Shown here: positions 56,063-64,000 of the stretch, in pieces
Position numbering within the stretch: position 1 is the first letter of the stretch
How the letters are laid out: the number at the start of each line of letters is the position of its first letter
NCBI GenBank assembly: GCA_043228905.1
Contig: JBHGNT010000005.1
Coordinates: forward strand, 17,732,001 to 17,796,000
Length of the DNA: 64,000 bases
Direction of reading: 5' to 3'
Origin: Azolla caroliniana
Lineage: Eukaryota; Plantae; Polypodiophyta
Program-made: the position numbers and the translations under genes
Notes under the pieces: model-generated
Databases searched by the model: none
Told to the model about the DNA's origin: nothing
The model's input: only the letters and a program-made list of their open reading frames with translations

Positions 56063-56210
56063 AACTTTTTTTATCGCACATTTTTTTTCTTCCAAATCGA
56101 ACAGTGCAGATCGCACACACCCTCTATTGAGCGACCTACACTGTCTATGGCCACAATTCCCTCGCGAGCCCTATTTATGATTTGGTAGCTAATAGACAAG
56201 TCCATATGTA

Positions 56211-57262
56211 TAGCTCGTGTCTATTAGACACAAAATCATAAATAGGGCTCTAGTGAGGGAATCGCGGCCGTAGACGGTGTAGAGGTCACTTAGCTGATGG
56301 CACGTGCGATCTGCACCGTCCGATTTGGATAAGAAAAAAACGTGGGAAAAAAATCGGTCAGAGGTCACCCAACCCTAAGTCCTCAATCGCCCAACCGTGT
56401 CAGTAGCATGGTTGTTTACGTACCTGTATTTAACGTTTAAATACATATAATAGCTCATAATTTGTATAGTACGTACTATACCTCAATGTTGTTCAGTCAA
56501 ATATCATGTACATTTGTCCAATACGGTATTTAACGTACATTTGAAAAAATAGGTATAATATGTATTCATAAAAAATGTAAGTAAAACCCCCAAAAGCAAA
56601 AGCATAAAAAGATTTTAGTGAAAAAGAAGGAAGAAAGAAGAATAGAAGAGATGACGATGAAGACGAAGAAGAAGGGGAAGAGGAAGAAAAAGAGAGAAAA
56701 GAAGACAGAAACCTATCCTGACTCTGAGTGTGATAATCGTAGACGATTCCTCAATCTAGGCATAATCATAAATAATTACAACTTGAAGTAGAACATCGTG
56801 ATACACACTTACATTGATTTATAGAATAAGTGAATGTCTACATCCATATTATAAGCATTTTAGGATGTGAAATGTTCAAATGTCTTATATGCATTTTAGG
56901 ATGTAGAACTATAATGTACATCACAAAATTGTGTAAACATAGATGCTTTTTACAATATTACAAATATTTTTTAGAAAGGTAAATAATTTTCAAATTCTAG
57001 AAGAATTTAACATACTATACCACCTCTACGTAAAATACGTATTTTATAAGTATTTAACGTATTAGAAAACGTATTTAACATATTTTTAAATTGGGAGGTA
57101 TTATACGTGTATTAATATGTTATATACGTACTATGGTATCCGTATCGTATCTAACGTACCTAACAACCTTGGTCAGTAGTCGCCCAACTCTGAGTCCTTA
57201 GTCGCCCAACCTTGATAATAGTCACCCAACCCTGTCTGTTGTTGTATGTCGCCTAACCGCTT
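56211..57262 (+). mobile_element. Left end (TIR plus subterminal repeats) of a second element of the same MULE family; its other end is not found in the window
   Basis: tagctcgtgtctattag..aaatcataaataggg..gaggga atcgcggcc..gtgcgatctgcaccg..gatttggataagaaaaaa matches 29276-29400; gcccaacc repeats continue to ~57260. Confidence 0.82.
56407..57171. mobile_element. Non-autonomous hAT-type element (765 bp)
   Basis: 8-bp TSD gtcagtag (56399-56406 and 57172-57179), TIR CAWGGTTGTT, subterminal acgtat motifs. Confidence 0.82.
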
Positions 57263-57509
57263 GACCATTTTGGAAGATTAAATGAAGTAACTAGTAAAAA
57301 TAATACTAAAAGGTAATCGTTTAGTGGTTAGAGTTACTCCTTACATTTACTAAATACAAGGTTCGAATTTATTTTCCTCTCTTAGTGAGAAGAGGGTTTA
57401 TTTTGCTTATTGGTCAATTTTGGTTCTTCTTCATCCAACTTCTTTCTTTTTTAGGGTTTTGACATTTGGTTTTGGGATTCTAGTAACTAGCAATTGATCC
57501 TTGCCTATA

Positions 57510-59470
57510 CAGTAGACATTCCGTTAAGTGTGTGTCCATTTAAGTGTACCATTCTATTAAGTGCGCTTTTTTTAGAGGTCAAAATCCAGATCAAAGAAAT
57601 TCCATTGTTTCATGATGAAATTACATCAAACCAAATCAAAATTTGTTCCAAACATTTAGAAAACAACAAAATGATCAACAAAAATATGATTTGAAGTCTT
57701 TCTCTACTTCATACCAAAATCATGTAAGGTCATTTGCCTACTTTTAGCTATACGCTTAGAAACAATGGTAGAATTTGTTTCTTGAATAATTCGATGAGCA
57801 CTTGATATAGCTGATTGTACTTGCTTTGCTTTTTCGGAACTCAAATAAGTTGTTGTCGTGATTGAATTGAGCATGAGTTCACAATCAACAATATGTTTCA
57901 AGAGTTCAGGAATAATCATATCTTCTTCCTTTAAGCATCCATGCATGTCTTGAATCTCAACAAACTCAGAATCGGAATTGTTTTCATCATATGCAAGTGT
58001 GGTTCATTGGTGTTGGAATCTTGTGTTATAACTTCATCAATCTCTTCAAGGAGATTTTGATTAAGTTTTTCTTATTCATTTGAATCTACATTTACACATT
58101 CCATGATCTCATCTCAAATTTCTTCTACATGTGCATTTTCAAGCAAATTGCAATTACATAACAAATCAACAAGATCATCAATGCATTGATCTTCCATTTC
58201 ACTGACTTCTGAATCAACATCATTAATACGAAATGATGGAATAATATCTGCCTTTCTATAGCAATTAAAAATTGTCTCCTGCTTGATCTCATTCCAAGCA
58301 GTACCAATGAGATTCGCGGCATCTAGCAAATGTGCCGACTTTCCAAAAGCGAAACCAATAGAGTCTCTTCTCATACGTTTAGCGACATCTTCCAAACGAA
58401 TCTTAACATAATCTAGACTATCATGATATGCCAAGATTTCTCTCATCAAATGATATTTGCACCTCTTTTTCAAAGCTGCAATGATTCCCATATCCATCGG
58501 CTGCTTGCAAGATGTGACATTTTCCGAGAAAAAAATCACTTTGATAACATCACGCTCAAATGCTTTAGCATGACCAAGTGCATTATCAAGGATTAAAAGC
58601 ACTTCGCGATTAGTTCGAGAACGAACAAAAGGTACAAACACTTGATCAAACCACTTATTAAAGCAAGGGATATCAATCCAAGCATTTCTTTGTGCTACAT
58701 AACGTAATGGCCATGAATTTCCAACAATACAAGCAAGTTCCTTAGCCTTTCCAATCATAGTAATTGGAACTTTTTTAGTTCCAGTTGCATTACAACAAAC
58801 AACTAAGGTAACTCTATCTAACATTTTTTTCTTACCTCGAATTGTTGTAGGATCTTCACTAGGCCAAAACACTGTGTATCTTGGAGCTAATCGAAAAAAC
58901 AAACCAGTTTCATCCATATTGTAAACATTGTTAGGATCATACTCATTGACTATAGGATAAAGCCTTTCCAAAGAATCCAACAATTCAAGGTCATTTCTAT
59001 CAACTGCCCCTCCTTCACCATATAAATTAATAGTATTCAAACATTGATGATGATGAAATTTCCTAAACCATCCCCAAGTTGCTTTGAAGTCATCATCAGA
59101 AATATTCATTTCTAATGCCAATCGTCGAACCTTCTCCATAATAAAGGATGGAGGCAATGCAATTGACAATCGACGAGATGCATCAATCCAAGCATACAAA
59201 TGTTCCTCTAATTCAGGATATTTTTTATCCTCTATAAGTTGTTTTTCTTACATTGTGATCTTTTTGTTGAACACGCAATCGTATCTCATCTTTCTTCTTG
59301 ATCAAACTTCTAATAGCGGATTCACTTACACCAAATTGTCTACCTATGCTACGAAGAGAAGGAGATGATGGTTGTTCCACGAACTCCAAAATTTGTAGCC
59401 TTTGTTCATCATTCAAATGAAGTCCAACACCTCGCTTATGGGTTAAATTCATCTCTGTAATATGCAATGC
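57510..59470 (-). mobile_element. pogo/Tigger-type (Tc1/mariner superfamily) transposon with frameshifted DD30D transposase; one TIR visible
   Basis: HTH (SLRSIGRQFGVSESAIR), CENP-B-type HTH (FKATWGWFRKF), YNMDETGLFF, LILDNA-30aa-QPMDMGII, C-terminal PIP-like RQMTLHDF, terminus ta|cagtagac at 57510. Confidence 0.9.
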
Positions 59471-61062
59471 TAATTACCTAAATTAACCTCAACATTTCAT
59501 CCCCTACCAATCAACTATAGATGTACAAAAACCTTTTGAAGGTTTAAACTCTTGGACATTTAATGCATACGACCTTATTCAAGTCACAAATAACTTAAAA
59601 TTCATAGACGAATGAATTGGGTCTTCTCCAATTAAGTTGGAGTATTACCCATCAAGGAGGCACACATGTTAGAATGTGGATACAATCTTGACCTAATTTC
59701 ATTGAAACTTTGCTTTGGAGAAAGACTAATGTTGTGAAACACAAAATGAATTGAACTTAGATGTTCCAATGCTACCATTAAATAGGTTGGGCATGGATCT
59801 ATGAAGAGAAAGCTAATAAGTTATTAATCGATTAATAGCTTATTATGTGGACTAACATGAAGGGAAAGCTATTAATTGATTAATCGCTCAATAGCTTAGT
59901 ATATGGACATCTTCCAAATGAATGTCTACTTATGGATATTTTTCTTACCCTATTTCAGCCATCAATCAAATTTTGTGGATTCAAAACCCTATTTATGGAT
60001 ATTTTTCTTACCCTATTTTAGCCAAATATGTGGATTATTTCTCCTAAACCACATCAGCCACAACAAAATATGTGAAGAGGTGCACAAAAACTCTACATGA
60101 AGAGGTGCACAAAAACTATATGACCAATCTCCAAAAATATGATATTAGTAAGCTTTCATAACCCATGAACCAACACTATTCCAAGAATTCTAATAAGTAA
60201 ACATACAAATATTACACTGATTCTTGCATTCACAAGGTATTGTAGAGTTATTTTTTAAAAAACTAGATATATCATGGTACATACCTTTGGCATATGACCA
60301 TATATATAATGTCCTTTTTATCTTCATGGAGATTACCAAAACTACCAATTTTTTTCAGGGCTCAAACCTTTCAGTGGTTGAGCATATACACAATATTAAT
60401 TATAATTTTTAGGCATTTATCTTCTTACCAACACAACCATTGTTGTGGTTGTAGACTACACTGCCCACATAATGATTTATCTCTTCCACAACATCTCTTT
60501 TGGTTGAAAGTGTCAAATCATTTAGTGAACATTGAAGGTGTATAGGCAGATGAGTCAAAGTTCACTACTGTCTCAAGAGCCATAATTAACAGGGAAACTA
60601 TGTCTTTCCCTATGAACAAATTTCATCAGCAATTAGATGCAACTCTATAACACAAGTAGAGGTCTATAATTAATAACGTGTGTTATGAGGGTATTGTTTA
60701 GGCTTTTGGCTTTAGGTTATAGAAAAACAAAATCTACACACAACATTGACCATTTTCAAGCACAAAACAAAGTGCAAATTAAAACAAGTTGTTGGGTCAT
60801 ACTAAATCCACCAAAACTTGCGGATATTGTCTACTCTTTCAACATGGGTTGGAGAAAAAATATATATATCTATGCAAAAGATACAATTAAGACAGAGTAA
60901 ACTCAAACAAACTTGTTTTATCATACCCAATCCACCAAAACTTATGTATTTATCCATTAAATACTCTCAATATCAATATGTGCATTCGCAATATCAATAT
61001 TTTAGTATGCTTCTACAAACTGCAGAAGATGTAATGAGGAGTGGGACATGGATATGGACATG

Positions 61063-61063
<1 letters not shown>

Positions 61064-61112
<49 letters not shown>

Positions 61113-61365
61113 CGGTCGTGCGCCACGCTGTCGTCGCTGCCGTCTGCGACGTCTGTCGCCGCCTGCTACCGAGCTGCAGTCCCCCCCCATCGTGCGCTGC
61201 TGTCGTCTGTTGCCGCGCTGCCGCCTCTGACGTCCGTCGCCGTTTGATGTCGTCTGCTGCCGTCTGCTGACGTCCGTCGCTGTCCGTCGCCGTCTGCTGC
61301 CGTCGGCGTGCTGGACGACCTGCTGCAGTTCATCATCATCCGTTGTAGTCGCCGTTGCCGTTGCC
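61064..61365. repeat. (CT)n microsatellite followed by GC-rich gccgtc/cgtctg low-complexity repeats
   Basis: Seen directly in the sequence. Confidence 0.85.
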
Positions 61366-61554
61366 GTGCTCTTCTCCACCTTGTTTCTTGAGGTTGCCGA
61401 GTGTCGCGTTTCTTCTCTTGGCGGCGCATCCTTGTTCGTTTAGCGTGCTCGTCGTGTGCGAAATGCCAATGTGACTACGACATAACACAAACTCGGCTAA
61501 GTCTCGAACCCATTTATTTTATCCCTTTTTTTTTCTTTTCTTATTGACACTACA

Positions 61555-62361
61555 ATGTCTAAACGAAAGGAACACAAGGATACACAAGACGAGGCTATAA
61601 GTAAGGAGGACTTTTTGGATATGTTTAACCGTTTAACAAAAATAGAGACGGATATGAAAAAATGGGTGAAAGACGCCGAAACCCACAAGAAAAAAGATAG
61701 AGAGGAAAAAGACACCCTCAAGGCCGAAATAGAAAAACTTAAAGAGGAAAACACAAACCTCAAACAACAACTTAATGACATCAAGGTATCCCGAGAGGAC
61801 GGTGAAATATCCTCCATAGAGGATATAAAAGATGAGATCAAAAAAGTTAAAGAGGAGGTTAAAAATAACATAGAGTTAGCAAAAACGGGTTGGGTAGATG
61901 TCGTTAAAAGAAACATTAAAAAAGAAATAAAGGATGAAAATATTGTTAATACCACCCTCGAAGAGGAGAAAATGCATCAGGCCCGACGCCTAAATGTGCG
62001 TGTCACTGGGCTCAAGGAAGGTGCATCCCCGGACGAGGATGCACAAACACTCGGGAAAATGTTAGGGTACACAACGACCCTACCTATCACCAAAGCTTGG
62101 AGGGCCGGACGCGACACAACTAGGAAGAGAGCCTTAGTTCTTCAATTTAAAGACTTAGACTCTAGAATCACTTTCTTTAAGAAGAGACCAATTCTTCGAG
62201 GATTGGGTGGGGACCCTATCTATCTCGATGAAGACCTCACCAAGATGCAAATTGAGCATCGCAAAAGTTGTATGCCAAAGGTTATGCAAGCTCGCAAAGA
62301 CGGGCATCGCGCCTTTTATCGAGATGGGCGAGTGATCATAAATGATCGCACTACTAATTGA
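61555..62361 (+). CDS. LINE ORF1 (coiled coil plus RRM-like domain), 268 aa, intact
   Basis: Lys/Glu-rich coiled coil, RRLNVRVTGLKE, RALVLQF and IYLDEDLT motifs of L1/RTE-X-like ORF1; followed closely by ORF2. Confidence 0.85.
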   Translation: MSKRKEHKDTQDEAISKEDFLDMFNRLTKIETDMKKWVKDAETHKKKDREEKDTLKAEIEKLKEENTNLKQQLNDIKVSREDGEISSIEDIKDEIKKVKEEVKNNIELAKTGWVDVVKRNIKKEIKDENIVNTTLEEEKMHQARRLNVRVTGLKEGASPDEDAQTLGKMLGYTTTLPITKAWRAGRDTTRKRALVLQFKDLDSRITFFKKRPILRGLGGDPIYLDEDLTKMQIEHRKSCMPKVMQARKDGHRAFYRDGRVIINDRTTN

Positions 62362-62367
62362 CGGCGT

Positions 62368-64000
62368 GTGGCCCATGTGACAGAAAACACACTTAGGATG
62401 ACCTTATGGAATTGTAACGGCGCACTCTGGACACACCCCGGCCGCCTAGAGGGGATATTAAAGGAATCAGATATAGTTTGCCTAGTAGAAACACACCAAA
62501 GCCCAAATAGGGGACTCCCACGAGTCGAAGGATTTCGTTGGGAGTCGGCTTTTAGACAAACCTCACGTCGATGCACTACCAGGGGATCTGGAGGTGTCGC
62601 AATATTGTTTCGGAGGGAGCTACATAATAGGATAGAAATACTGAGCACAGACCCAGAAGCTCGTTTTATGTGGGTGAAAGTCTCCACAAGCAAGGACAAG
62701 GCAGTAATTTTCGCCATTTGTTACTTCCCCCCAAAAGGCTCTCGTTATAATCTGGCTGGCGAGGCGAGATTAGTTGATGACGGAGTGCCACATGGGCCTT
62801 CCCCATATGAACCTCTATCGGATGACATAATCTGATATTCTTCCCAAGGCGAAGTATTCCTTGTAGGAGACTTTAATGCGAGAACCCAATCTCGACAATG
62901 CACAATATTTCAAATGAATAGAAACCTAGAAATGGTAAACGTCGATCCTTCAGACATAGACACCACACGTAGATCAAAGGATCAAGGTGCAGACGCCACG
63001 AGCTTTGGCCATCATTTGCTCGAACTCGGTAGTCGGCACCAGATGGTCATATATAATGGTTTAGCCAAGTGGCCAGGTTCGGAAGAGCTCACATGTTTCC
63101 CACATGGAGGAGGGGAAAGCACAGTCGATTATCTAATAGGACGCCCTGAAGCCACCCACATGATTAACTCCTTCCGAGTGGCCCCATGTCCTATTGGCGC
63201 GGACCATAGTTTCTTATACTTCGAGATAAAATGCGATATCTCTAACGTCACCAACTCTAGTCAACCACGCCATGACATCACAATACATTTCACACATGAG
63301 CTCTCTGACATATATGCTCGACATGTTCAAGCCCATCTCTCCTCCCTTGATCCCTCCCTACCTTTAGAGAGCCTTAATACGAAACTCACACACATCCTTC
63401 ATTTTGCAGCGGTTAGCAGCTTCCCATACACGAAACACTCCAATCAAGGTAAAGTAGGATCTATGCCACAAAATAGATGGTATGATGAGGATTGTAGGTG
63501 CTTACATCGACAACTTACAATATCGCAACTCAGTGGTAGTATTACCTCAGTACAAGCTCGTAAAGAAATGCGCAAGATGACACGTCGTAAGAGACGAGCA
63601 TGGGAGGCATCCCAATATTGGGAACTCTACCACATGCTCATGAGTAACGATTGTGCCACTGCATGGAAGAGATTACGGGAACCAAGACCACAAACACCCA
63701 TCGAAGATCCCGAAACTTGGCACACTTATACAGAGAGACTTTACCACATCCCAAACCAACCACCCATTCCAATGCCTTCCACACCCCGACCTACTGTGGG
63801 GACACTCTTCACGACCTCTAGGGTCACGAAGGTCATAAAGAAATTACAACATAGGAAGTCCATGGACCACACAGGATTGCGAGCAGAACACATCATATAC
63901 GCGAGAGAGTGCCTAGCTCCCTTACTAACTCTAATCTTCAATCGTGCCCTTGTAGAGGGTTTTCCATCACAATGGACCATGAACACAGTGGCCCCCATAC
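62368..64000 (+). pseudogene. LINE ORF2 N-terminus (AP endonuclease leading toward RT), one stop at 62833-62835; continues beyond the window
   Basis: WNCNG, CLVETH, GSGGVAIL, YFPP, GDFNARTQ, STVDY and ADH endonuclease motifs, then WYDEDC and G(L)RAEH..IFNRAL..FPSQW pre-RT motifs. Confidence 0.9.

Larger units (their letters stand above)
29276..56204 (-). mobile_element. Large Mutator-like (MULE) DNA transposon, ~8.2 kb core expanded to ~26.9 kb by nested insertions
   Basis: ~125-bp imperfect TIRs (29276-29400 vs ~56080-56204), subterminal gtcgcccaacc repeats at both ends in inverted orientation, candidate 8-bp TSD TATGTATA (29268-29275 and 56205-56212), internal MULE/SWIM transposase and Ulp1-like gene. 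Confidence 0.82.

Noticed and set aside
57312-57385. tRNA gene candidate
   Set aside because: A/B-box-like motifs only; no convincing cloverleaf.
61002-61429. Several overlapping ORFs (SLSLSL, RERERE)
   Set aside because: Low-complexity CT and GCC repeats.
61497-61955. 152-aa hydrophobic minus-strand ORF
   Set aside because: Antisense shadow of the Lys/Glu-rich LINE ORF1.

Overview
Eukaryotic, repeat-rich plant genomic DNA, probably from a non-seed plant such as a fern (inferred from the TE repertoire, not demonstrated). Two intact spliced host genes can be reconstructed: an IQ67-domain (IQD) gene on + (10710-14387, 5 exons, ~499 aa) and a pyridoxal reductase PLR1-type aldo-keto reductase on - (29089-23474, 8 exons, 354 aa). 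Most of the remainder is transposon. The main structure is a ~26.9 kb Mutator-like element (29276-56204) with long TIRs, ~28-bp subterminal repeats and a candidate TATGTATA target duplication. It encodes an unusual SWIM/MULE transposase and a C2H2-finger/Ulp1-like protease gene, and is inflated by a solo LTR, three copia elements and a gag-only gypsy-like element. A second end of the same family abuts it at 56211, followed by a hAT-type MITE, a pogo/Tigger DD30D transposon and a LINE that runs off the window. Coordinates were read by eye; family assignments come from motif recognition, not database searches.
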